Shown here in pieces: positions 1 through 8,177 of a DNA stretch of 14,044 nucleotides (position 1 is its first letter; every line of letters starts with the position of its first letter). The stretch spans positions 1 to 14,044 of the forward strand of contig JAZDIV010000118.1 of the NCBI GenBank assembly GCA_043804695.1. The letters are read 5' to 3'. Source of the DNA: PVC group bacterium. Its GTDB lineage: Bacteria; Auribacterota; Erginobacteria; Erginobacterales; Erginobacteraceae. The notes beneath the pieces were generated by a model. The model saw nothing but the letters and a program-made list of their open reading frames with translations, had not been told where the DNA came from and did not search any database. The position numbers and the translations under genes were made by a program.

Positions 1-32
1 GGCAGGCGGCCAGGCATCGGGTTAAATAATAC

Positions 33-61
33 TTGAGAAACCGGGCCCACTTCTCTATAGT
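33..61 (+). promoter_or_regulatory. putative sigma70 promoter of the glgE-glgM unit
   Basis: TTGAGA (33-38), 17-bp spacer, TATAGT (56-61); implies a ~140-nt leader before ATG 207. Confidence 0.55.
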
Positions 62-206
62 GCCCTGAATCCGGAGCAATGCCTTTTGTGGCATTGCCTC
101 CATTAAATCATCATTGTTCAAGCATCACCCCCCCCGGCTGAACCAGTCGGGGGCTCGCATAAATGCGCGAACGAAGTGAGCTGATGTATACAAAGAGGAT
201 GAACTG

Positions 207-1925
207 ATGAAAGGCGAACGCGCGGGGGCCATCATCCGCAATGTCTACCCCGAGCTGGCCGGGGGCAGATACCCGGTCAAGAGGGAAACGGACCGTCCGC
301 TGGTGGTGACGGCCGATGTCCGCGGTCCGGCGGGGGGGAAGGTTTTTCTCCTCCACCGGATGAAATGTCCTTCCGAAACCGCCTGGACGGCCGTGCCCAT
401 GGTCCGGACCCCCGGTCCGGGCTTCCGGGGCGAGGTCCTCTTTCCGGCGGAGGGCATCTACCAGTATTCCATCGAGGTCCGGTCTCCGAAGGGGAATGCG
501 CGGTATCATCACGACCTGGAAGTGTATGTGGAGCCTTCCCGTTCCCGCTTCGCCGCCTGGTATGAGTTTTTTCCCCGCTCCCAGGGGAGGGTGAGGGGGA
601 AGCACGGGACCTTCCGGGCCGCCGAGCGGCGGCTCCCCGACATCAGGCGGATGGGTTTTAACGTCATCTATCTCACCCCGATCCACCCGATCGGGAAGAC
701 CAACCGGAAGGGGAAGAACAACAGCCTGACCGCGCGGCCCAGGGAACCCGGCGTTCCCTGGTCGGTGGGCAGCGAGGCCGGGGGGCATACCGCGGTTCAC
801 CCCGATCTGGGGACGCTGGCGGACTTTCACCGTTTTGTGAAAGCGGCCGCTCGGGCCGGGTTCGGGATCGCGCTCGACTTTACCAGCAACTGCTCGCCGG
901 ATCATCCCTGGATCAAGGAGCATCCGAACTGGTTCTTCTCCAATCCCGACGGCACCATCCGGTACGCGGAGAACCCTCCCAAGAAGTATCAGGACGTCTG
1001 CCCGCTGAACTTCGACCCGGAGGACCGGGAAGCGATGTGGGAGGAGATAAAAAATATTTTTATCTTCTGGATCGAAAACGGGGTGAAGACCTTCCGGGTG
1101 GACAACCCCCACACCAAGCCGACCGAGTTCTGGGAATGGCTGATCCGGGGGGTGAAAGAGGTCTGCCCGGAGACGGTCTTTTTGGCCGAGGCATTCACGG
1201 ATTACGATAAACTGGAGGAACTGGCCCGGGCCGGCTTCTCCCAGTCGTACAGCTATTTTACCTGGCGCAACGCCAAGAACGAGCTGATCGAGTACTTCAC
1301 CAAGCTGACCCAGACCTACCTGAAGGAGTTCCTGCGGGTCAACTGCTTCGTCAATACCCCGGACATCCTCTCGGAGATTCTCCAGAAAGGAGGGAAGCCG
1401 GCCTTCAAGATGAGGATTGCCCTGGCCTCCACCATCTCGTCCGTCTACGGGATGTACAGCGGCTACGAACTTCTGGAGAACGAGCCGCTGGTGCCCGGAA
1501 AGGAATCCTATCTCAACTCGGAGAAATACGAGATCAGGGTCAGGAACTGGAATAAGCCGGGGAACATCAAAGAGTACATCGGGAAACTGAACCGGATCCG
1601 GGCTCAGAACCCCGCGCTCCACTATTACGACAATCTCCGTTTCTTCAGTTCGACCGACGACGCCGTCCTCTTTTACGGCAAGGTCTCTCCGGACGGGGGG
1701 AACCGGATACTGGTAGCGGTCAATCTCGATCCCTTCCACCCCCATGCCGGGCGGATCACGGTCCCGGTCGAGATGTTCGGGATCTCGTCCGACGAGAAAT
1801 ACCGGGTGCGGGAGCTGATCACCGGAAAGCGGATGACCTGGATGGGGAGGGAGCAGTACATTACCCTGGATCCGAAGGTTGAGCCGGCGGCGATATTCCG
1901 GATAGAGACAGCGGAATTTCAATAA
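207..1925 (+). CDS. glgE: alpha-1,4-glucan:maltose-1-phosphate maltosyltransferase (GH13_3), short form
   Basis: GlgE motifs AWYEFFPRS, PIHPIG, CSPDHPW, YAENPPKKYQD, FRVDNPHTKP (nucleophile D), FLAEAFT (acid/base E), GFSQSYSYFTWRN, NTPDIL, YLNSEKYE; SD GAGG 195-198. Confidence 0.93.
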   Translation: MKGERAGAIIRNVYPELAGGRYPVKRETDRPLVVTADVRGPAGGKVFLLHRMKCPSETAWTAVPMVRTPGPGFRGEVLFPAEGIYQYSIEVRSPKGNARYHHDLEVYVEPSRSRFAAWYEFFPRSQGRVRGKHGTFRAAERRLPDIRRMGFNVIYLTPIHPIGKTNRKGKNNSLTARPREPGVPWSVGSEAGGHTAVHPDLGTLADFHRFVKAAARAGFGIALDFTSNCSPDHPWIKEHPNWFFSNPDGTIRYAENPPKKYQDVCPLNFDPEDREAMWEEIKNIFIFWIENGVKTFRVDNPHTKPTEFWEWLIRGVKEVCPETVFLAEAFTDYDKLEELARAGFSQSYSYFTWRNAKNELIEYFTKLTQTYLKEFLRVNCFVNTPDILSEILQKGGKPAFKMRIALASTISSVYGMYSGYELLENEPLVPGKESYLNSEKYEIRVRNWNKPGNIKEYIGKLNRIRAQNPALHYYDNLRFFSSTDDAVLFYGKVSPDGGNRILVAVNLDPFHPHAGRITVPVEMFGISSDEKYRVRELITGKRMTWMGREQYITLDPKVEPAAIFRIETAEFQ

Positions 1926-2045
1926 ACGGTAAGGGTAAGGGTAACGATGCCCGTATCGGTGAGGGTAAGGGTGACGGCGGCCACGCTCAGCCAACGTAAC
2001 CGTAACCGATAGACGAAACGGGCATCGTCACCGTAACCGTAACCA
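1926..2045. repeat. intergenic imperfect hairpin with GGTAAG / GTAACC hexamer repeats
   Basis: 1940-1954 GGTAACGATGCCCGT pairs with 2018-2032 (1 mismatch); 1954-1960 pairs with 2005-2011; hexamer runs on both arms. Confidence 0.7.
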
Positions 2046-2084
2046 GTTGCGAACGAAGTGAGCTAACTTGCATAAGGAGCCCGC

Positions 2085-3227
2085 ATGAAGGTCACCTTTA
2101 TCACCAAGGAATACCCGCCGAAGGTTTACGGCGGCGCCGGGGTCCACATCCGGGAACTGGCCCGCTGCCTGGCAAAGATGATGGAAGTCGACGTGCGCTG
2201 TTTCGGGGATCAGCGCCTGGAAAAGGGCGCCCTGACCGTCACCGGCTACCAGCCGAAGCCGAAGCTGCACTGCGCCGACCAGCCCAAGTTCGACTCCCTC
2301 TTCAACACCATCTTCACCGATATCCTGATCCTGATGAACCGGATCGACGCCGACGTGGTTCATACCCACACCTGGTACGCTCACCTGGCGGGGTTCTGGG
2401 CCAAGAAGCTCTACCAGGTTCCCCACGTGGCGACCAGTCACAGCCTGGAACCCCTCCGTCCCTGGAAGGTCGAGCAGCTGGCGGAGGGATATTACGTCAG
2501 CGCCTGGATCGAGAAAGTGGGACTGGAAAACGCGGACCGGGTGGTGGCCGTCTCCCGGATGATGAAGGAAGACATCATCAATAATTTTTCCATCGATCCG
2601 GACCGGGTGGTGGTGATCCACAACGGGATCGACCTGAAGACCTGGAAACGCCGCCCCCTCAGCCGGGAGCTCCGGGAGCGGTACGGTATCGCCGGGGACT
2701 ACGTTCTCTTTGTCGGCCGGCCGACCGCCCAGAAGGGGATGGAATACCTGATCGACGCCGCCGATGACATCCCGGTCCAGGTGGTTTTTGAGGCGGTGGG
2801 CGCGGACACGAAGGATTATGAAAACCGGATGATGGAGAAGGTGAAGGGAAAGAAGAACATTGTCTGGATTCACGAGAACCTGGGCGACGCGAAGAATGTC
2901 GAGCTGTATTCTTCCGCCCGGATTTTCATCTGCCCGTCGGTCTACGAGCCGTTCGGGATCATCAACCTGGAGGCGATGGCCTGCGAGACGCCGGTGGTGG
3001 CGAGCGCGGTCGGCGGGATCAAGGAAGTGGTGGTCCCCGATCAGACCGGGCTCCTGGTCGAACCCGGCCGGCCGGATCAGATCGCGGCCGCCGTCAACAG
3101 CCTTCTCCGTAACCCGGAACTGGCCGCCGTCATGGGCAAGAACGGCCGCCGCCGGGTGGAAGATTACTTCAGCTGGGAGTCGATCGCCGAAAAGACCCGG
3201 AAGATGTACGAGAGCCTGCTTGACTGA
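2085..3227 (+). CDS. glgM: GT4 glycosyltransferase, alpha-maltose-1-phosphate synthase (GlgM / actinobacterial-type GlgA)
   Basis: N-terminal TKEYPPKVYGGAGVH, HTHTWYA, HSLEPLRPWKVEQL, GT4 motif EPFGIINLEAMAC; SD AAGGAG; adjacent to glgE. Confidence 0.85.
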   Translation: MKVTFITKEYPPKVYGGAGVHIRELARCLAKMMEVDVRCFGDQRLEKGALTVTGYQPKPKLHCADQPKFDSLFNTIFTDILILMNRIDADVVHTHTWYAHLAGFWAKKLYQVPHVATSHSLEPLRPWKVEQLAEGYYVSAWIEKVGLENADRVVAVSRMMKEDIINNFSIDPDRVVVIHNGIDLKTWKRRPLSRELRERYGIAGDYVLFVGRPTAQKGMEYLIDAADDIPVQVVFEAVGADTKDYENRMMEKVKGKKNIVWIHENLGDAKNVELYSSARIFICPSVYEPFGIINLEAMACETPVVASAVGGIKEVVVPDQTGLLVEPGRPDQIAAAVNSLLRNPELAAVMGKNGRRRVEDYFSWESIAEKTRKMYESLLD

Positions 3228-3236
3228 GAGCGGACA

Positions 3237-3497
3237 ATGAATGACTGTCCTTTCATAACGAGGCCGGGCTGGTGGTTTCTGATGGAGGGGCGAGGGAGAA
3301 GTGACCTCTTTCACCGCGTTCGGGAGCGCCTTTCCGGCCCGGGCCTCCAGTTAAAGAACTCCGGTCTGGATATCGAGCCGCAAACCGAGCGGACCAGGCT
3401 GCATTTTGTCGTCAGATACCGGGACGCGATGTGCGGTCCCCGGGTGGTTGACCTTCTTCCCCGCCTGGAAGGTGTTACCAATATCTCCTGGAAGTGA
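3237..3497 (+). CDS. small hypothetical protein, ACT-like; possibly the C-terminal remnant of an MgtC/SapB-type protein
   Basis: ACT-like residue pattern ending LEGVTNISW; stop overlaps next start (GTGA 3494-3497); N-terminus looks unnatural and start is uncertain. Confidence 0.4.
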   Translation: MNDCPFITRPGWWFLMEGRGRSDLFHRVRERLSGPGLQLKNSGLDIEPQTERTRLHFVVRYRDAMCGPRVVDLLPRLEGVTNISWK

Positions 3498-4624
3498 AAA
3501 ACACCCGTCCCATTCTGACGGTGTTACTGGTCATATTCAGTTTCTACGCCGCGGTCATCCTCGTCTACGCCGCCCGCTTTGATTTTAACCTGTCCGGCTT
3601 CGCCTGTATCGGCGACCGCTTCGCCTCCCCGGAGATGATCTCTCCCGGGACCGTCGTCATCCTGGGCAGCCGGGGGTATGACGGCCAGTTCTTTTTTTTC
3701 GCGGCGCAGGACCCCCTGATCAGGAATGAAGCCTGGAGGTCCATCGATGTTCCCGCCTATCGCTACCAGAGGATTCTCTATCCCTGGCTGGCGGGACTGC
3801 TGGCGCTCGGGGAGCCGGATTGGATCCCCCTGACCCTGGTTCTGGTCAATCTGGCCGCGATCCTGATGGGTAGTTTTTTTGTGGCCCGGATGCTGGAGAG
3901 GGAAGGGAAGAGTCCCTGGTACGCGTGTGTCTACGGGCTTTTCAGCGGTTTTATCCTCTGCGTGCTCCGTGATCTCGCCGGCCCGGTGGCGATGGGCTTT
4001 CTGGTCGGGGCTCTTGATTATTTCTCCCGCCGGAAATTTTATCCCGGAGCGGTGTTTTTCAGCGCCGCGTTGCTCTCCCGTGAGGTGCTGATCGTGGTCC
4101 CGGCCGTCTATCTCCTTTTCGCGCTCTTCTCGCGCGGCCGCCGGGGCGGGGGAAGGCTGCCGGCCCTCGCCGGGTCGTTTGTTCCCTTCCTTCTCTGGAG
4201 CGGGTATGTCTTCTTCAGATTCCGGGACCGGCCCTGGCGGGGAGGATCCGGGAATGTCGGTCCCCCGCTCTCCGGGCTGATCTCGTACGGGAAGGCCGTT
4301 CTGGCGGCCCCCGGGAGGTCGAGCGAGAAGGCATACCTGGTGCTCATCAGCGCGGTCTGCGTCCTTTCTCTCTACCTGGCGGTCCGGGAGGTCCTGAGAT
4401 CGAAGGATGAAGAGGGGGTCTCCTTCCTGATCTACGCGCTCTTTCCGTTTTTCCTGTCGAACAGCGTCTGGGTTGAACCCTGGAGTTACGGGCGGGTACT
4501 CCGGCCCGGCGCGGTTCTTCTGATCGTCAATTTCAGCCGGTCCCGGGACCGGCTGTACCTCTACCCCCTTTTCGGACATCTTCTTCTCTCCGGTGTTATT
4601 CTCTGGTGGGTCGGTGTAGTCTAG
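3494..4624 (+). CDS. polytopic membrane protein, putative GT-C-fold glycosyltransferase (AZOBR_p60025-like)
   Basis: N-terminal TM, loop motif GYDGQFF..AQDP, YRYQRILYPWLA, LLSRE, about 9-10 hydrophobic segments. Confidence 0.65.
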   Translation: MKNTRPILTVLLVIFSFYAAVILVYAARFDFNLSGFACIGDRFASPEMISPGTVVILGSRGYDGQFFFFAAQDPLIRNEAWRSIDVPAYRYQRILYPWLAGLLALGEPDWIPLTLVLVNLAAILMGSFFVARMLEREGKSPWYACVYGLFSGFILCVLRDLAGPVAMGFLVGALDYFSRRKFYPGAVFFSAALLSREVLIVVPAVYLLFALFSRGRRGGGRLPALAGSFVPFLLWSGYVFFRFRDRPWRGGSGNVGPPLSGLISYGKAVLAAPGRSSEKAYLVLISAVCVLSLYLAVREVLRSKDEEGVSFLIYALFPFFLSNSVWVEPWSYGRVLRPGAVLLIVNFSRSRDRLYLYPLFGHLLLSGVILWWVGVV

Positions 4625-4738
4625 GCCCAAATTAAGCGAACTGTTAGAAGCGAAATAAAAGTTCGCAGGTGCTTTAATATTAATAACATAATACCATCCC
4701 CGGTGAGCTTGCCTCACCGGAATATAAGTTCAATCGCT

Positions 4739-6202
4739 ATGATGTCACATCAAACAAAAAACGGCCCCGTATCTTTTCGTAATACCAAACTCTCACTACT
4801 ATTAACGTCCTTAATCACACTGAGTCTGCTGATTAACGGCTGCGGTGAGCCGCCGCCGAAGCGGTACCTGGTGGGGGCGTATTACTACCTCTGGTTTCCT
4901 TATAATTTCCAGAAGAAAGGGTACCTCCGCGGCTTATTAAAACCACCGCAGTCGCCCGTTCTGGGGCTGTATGATTCCCGCGATCCGGGGGTCTGCGAAC
5001 AGCACATCGCCTGGTGTTCCCGCTACGGGATTGACTTCCTGGTGGTGGATTGGTGGCCCTCCCGACCCCATCAGAACAACGTCCTGAACGAAGGATTGTT
5101 ACGGGCGCGGAACATCGAGGACATCAGGTGGTGTATTTTTTATGAGACCCAGTCACTGGGCGTTGACCGATCTTCCGGAACGATTATCTGGACTGATGAG
5201 AAGATCGATCGGTTTGTCTCGGACCTGCTTGTTTTCTCCACGACCTATTTCCGGCACCCCGGCTACCTGCAGGTCGAAGGCCGCCCGGTTATTTTTCTCT
5301 ATCTGACCAGGAACTTCGCGGGAAACACCCGGGCGGCGATTTCCCGCGCCCGTCAGGCGCTCCGGGCCCGGGGTGTTGATCCGTTTATTATCGCCGATGA
5401 AGTGTTCTGGCGGGTGACCGCGGACGGGGAGGGGGATGATTCCCCCCCGGGCTGGGCCGAAACGCCGCAGAGGGGACGGATCGAGCTTTTCGACGGGATC
5501 ACCGCCTATAATGTGTACGAGACCCGGAAATCCGAACATCAGGGTTATGCCGCGTCGAGCAGATACCTGCCGGAGGTAGGAAAGATGTTTGACACCTACC
5601 GGGATGCCTGCGGTGATGATGTTGTCTTTATCCCGAACGTGATCCCCGGCTACAACGACCGGCCGCTCCGGATCGACCGGGACCATTACATAATCCCCCG
5701 GTTATGGGAAGCGGACACCGGGGCCGGGTCTCTCTTCTCGGTGCTGTTCGACCGGCTGGGACTCCCCTATGTTGACCCGGAAGTTCCCCTGATCATGATC
5801 ACCTCCTGGAACGAGTGGAATGAAGATACCGCGATCGAGCCGCTCGCTCCGGCTCCCCCCACCGCCCGCGATATCAGCGAGAGCGGGGCTTTTTATACCG
5901 GAGGGTACCCCTACGCGGGGTTCGGAGAGACCTATCTCCGGATCATCCGGGACCGCGTCGTCGCCGTTTCGGGGAGGGTGGTGGACGGGAAAGGGAACCC
6001 GGTCGGCGGAATCACGGTAGAAGGCAGGTCCGCCGGAAAACTGCTGGCGTCCGATAAGACGGACGCGGCCGGTTACTACCGGCTTTCCCGGCTCCTGATG
6101 GGGGAGGGCGCGTATCAGGTCGGATTGAAAGGCCATGGTATCCGGAAAGAGGTGGAGGTACAAAAGACCGGTACGACGTGTGGCGTTGATTTTCATCTAT
6201 GA
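4739..6202 (+). CDS. GH99-like glycoside hydrolase lipoprotein with C-terminal carboxypeptidase-regulatory-like beta domain
   Basis: Lipobox-like LINGC; VGAYYYLWF, PVLGLYDSRD, YGIDFLVVDWW, PGYNDR, ITSWNEWNEDTAIEP (GH99 NEWxE); C-terminal VSGRVVDGKGNPVGG...TDAAGYY; start ATG 4739/4742 or GTG 4703. Confidence 0.8.
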   Translation: MMSHQTKNGPVSFRNTKLSLLLTSLITLSLLINGCGEPPPKRYLVGAYYYLWFPYNFQKKGYLRGLLKPPQSPVLGLYDSRDPGVCEQHIAWCSRYGIDFLVVDWWPSRPHQNNVLNEGLLRARNIEDIRWCIFYETQSLGVDRSSGTIIWTDEKIDRFVSDLLVFSTTYFRHPGYLQVEGRPVIFLYLTRNFAGNTRAAISRARQALRARGVDPFIIADEVFWRVTADGEGDDSPPGWAETPQRGRIELFDGITAYNVYETRKSEHQGYAASSRYLPEVGKMFDTYRDACGDDVVFIPNVIPGYNDRPLRIDRDHYIIPRLWEADTGAGSLFSVLFDRLGLPYVDPEVPLIMITSWNEWNEDTAIEPLAPAPPTARDISESGAFYTGGYPYAGFGETYLRIIRDRVVAVSGRVVDGKGNPVGGITVEGRSAGKLLASDKTDAAGYYRLSRLLMGEGAYQVGLKGHGIRKEVEVQKTGTTCGVDFHL

Positions 6203-6232
6203 TCCACAGGGTGTTGCTGTTCTATGCATGGA

Positions 6233-8050
6233 ATGACGAAAAAGAAGATCGTTATCCTCTCCCTGGTTCTGGGCATTACCGCACTGACCTTCCTTCCCTC
6301 CCTCTTTCTGGGATTCAACCCGTTCTGGGATCTCTTTTATGTTCATCGCAACCCGTTTCAAAGACCGCTTACTTTCCGTCTGGCCCAGGAAGCCTTCGGT
6401 TTTTTTCTGGAAGGTAATTATCACCCGCTTACCCTCCTTGGCCATTCTTTTGATTTCACCCTCTGGGGAGATAATCCCTTCGGTCATCATCTGACCAGTT
6501 ATCTGATCCATCTCGGGAATGTGGCACTGGTCTTTTTTCTGGTCGAGTGTCTCCTCCGGGCGGGGACAGACCGGTCGAGGAACGCGTTAGCGTATATTGC
6601 CGGGCTTACCGCCCTGATCTTCGGGATTCACCCCCTGCGGGTCGAATCGGTTGCCTGGATCACCGAACGCAAGGATGTTCTCTTCGCGTTTTTTTATCTT
6701 TTAACCCTCTGCTTCTTTGCCGGTTGGCATCAAAAGCGCCGGAAAGGGCTCTACGGAGTTGCTGTTCTTGCGTATCTGGGGGCGGTGCTCAGTAAAGCGA
6801 TGGCCGTGTCGCTCCCCCTGGTAGCATTTATTCTTGATTATCGACTCCTCTCTCCTCCCGGTACTAAGTCGTGGCGGATCTCTCTTTACCGGGTCATTCC
6901 CTTTGCGGCTCTTGCCGGGATGGCGACGGTGCTGGCGATTCTCGGCCAGCAGCGGGAATCCCTGATGGCTCCCCTGGACCTGCCCCTCTTTCTCCGCAAT
7001 CTTTTTCAGTTCCCCGGGGTACTTCTCTTTTATCTCGGCCGGACACTGTGTCCGTTCGGACTTGCCCCGATCTACCCCAATGAACTGCTGGCGGTACCGG
7101 GGTATTGCCTTCTTTCCTGGCTGCTGTTGACGGGGACGGTTACGTTCTGTTGGATCGGCCGGAAACGAAGGCCTTCTCTCATCACGGTGTTCCTGGTCTA
7201 TATCGCCGTATTGATCCCGGTCGGCGGCCTGATCCGGGTCGGAGCCCAGGTGCTGGCCGACCGGTTCTCCTATATCTCTTCCATCCCGCTGAACTTCCTG
7301 CTTGGCTGGCTGATCGTAACAGCCATTTCCCGGTCGCCCCGCTTTAAAATGATTATTATAGGAGTGACCGGCATCTGGATGGCAATCCTGGGACGGGTAA
7401 CCGTATCGTACACTGTTCTCTGGGATGATCCCATTGCACTGACCAGGAGAGCATATGACCGATATCCCCGCGCTAAAATAATCGAAATATTTATGCTTCG
7501 AACCTACAACAACGCCGCCATAAAAAAGATTGAAAAGGGGGAAGTTGACTGTGCCATTGAATATGTCCGGCAAGCCCTGCAAATAAAGCCCGACTTTATG
7601 GATAGTTATCTGATATGGTCAATTGCTTTAGCCAGAAAAGGAGAGTATGACAGTGAATTTCAAGCTTTTCAAGGCTGCGTCGAAAAATGTATTTTTTCCC
7701 TGATTAAAAAAGGAGACTATCACCGTGCGTCCCAGGTTTACCAAGAAGCTCTGAAAATTACCCAAGGTCTAAGCAAGGCGTATTTAAATCAAGGCGTTCT
7801 GTTAGCTAACCAGGGTGCTCTGGAAGAGGCGGAAGCGATGTTCAGACAGGCTCTGGAATATTGGAAGAATAGCCCGGAGGCCTATTATAACTTGGCCCTG
7901 ATCTACGAGAAGCAGGGGGAGCTGAATAAGGCCGTGGACGCTTTGAACAAGGCGCACGCCATTCTCCCTGAAAATAGGCAGGTCAGAGACAGATTAGCCA
8001 TTCTACTGAAACGTCTGAAAGAGATTTCAGAGATCAAGAGGAGCGAATGA
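6233..8050 (+). CDS. TMTC-like membrane protein (putative protein O-mannosyltransferase fold) with C-terminal TPRs
   Basis: YHPLT, HPLRVESVAWITERKDVL, LSKAMAV, ADRFSY; TPR repeats AYLNQGVLL, AYYNLALIY; alternative start 6224. Confidence 0.8.
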   Translation: MTKKKIVILSLVLGITALTFLPSLFLGFNPFWDLFYVHRNPFQRPLTFRLAQEAFGFFLEGNYHPLTLLGHSFDFTLWGDNPFGHHLTSYLIHLGNVALVFFLVECLLRAGTDRSRNALAYIAGLTALIFGIHPLRVESVAWITERKDVLFAFFYLLTLCFFAGWHQKRRKGLYGVAVLAYLGAVLSKAMAVSLPLVAFILDYRLLSPPGTKSWRISLYRVIPFAALAGMATVLAILGQQRESLMAPLDLPLFLRNLFQFPGVLLFYLGRTLCPFGLAPIYPNELLAVPGYCLLSWLLLTGTVTFCWIGRKRRPSLITVFLVYIAVLIPVGGLIRVGAQVLADRFSYISSIPLNFLLGWLIVTAISRSPRFKMIIIGVTGIWMAILGRVTVSYTVLWDDPIALTRRAYDRYPRAKIIEIFMLRTYNNAAIKKIEKGEVDCAIEYVRQALQIKPDFMDSYLIWSIALARKGEYDSEFQAFQGCVEKCIFSLIKKGDYHRASQVYQEALKITQGLSKAYLNQGVLLANQGALEEAEAMFRQALEYWKNSPEAYYNLALIYEKQGELNKAVDALNKAHAILPENRQVRDRLAILLKRLKEISEIKRSE

Positions 8051-8108
8051 TGACGTTATGCCGGAGTGGCAAGATGTAAAGCAGTCCTGTCCGGGCACCG
8101 AGGGCAGC

Positions 8109-8136
8109 TTGACAAACTATACTGTTTTGCTAATGT
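8109..8136 (+). promoter_or_regulatory. putative sigma70 promoter of dnaJ
   Basis: TTGACA 8109-8114, 16-bp spacer, TAATGT 8131-8136. Confidence 0.5.
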
Positions 8137-8177
8137 TTAATTTGACTTGTTAAAGTTTTCCGAAGGAAAATTTTAGT

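Noticed and set aside
199..207. Mini-ORF ATG-AAC-TGA overlapping the glgE start
   Set aside because: The SD is correctly spaced for ATG 207 and directly abuts ATG 199; probably chance
111..1994. Long antisense ORFs (111-1994, 2028-3314, 3524-4717, 6701-7582, 8328-9281 and similar)
   Set aside because: Shadows of well-supported plus-strand genes in GC-rich DNA; no recognisable motifs
4700..4720. Hairpin CCGGTGAG-cttgc-CTCACCGG
   Set aside because: No U tract and single occurrence; function cannot be supported
8064..8072. GAGTGGCAA resembling a CIRCE half-site before dnaJ
   Set aside because: No matching TTAGCACTC half 9 bp upstream
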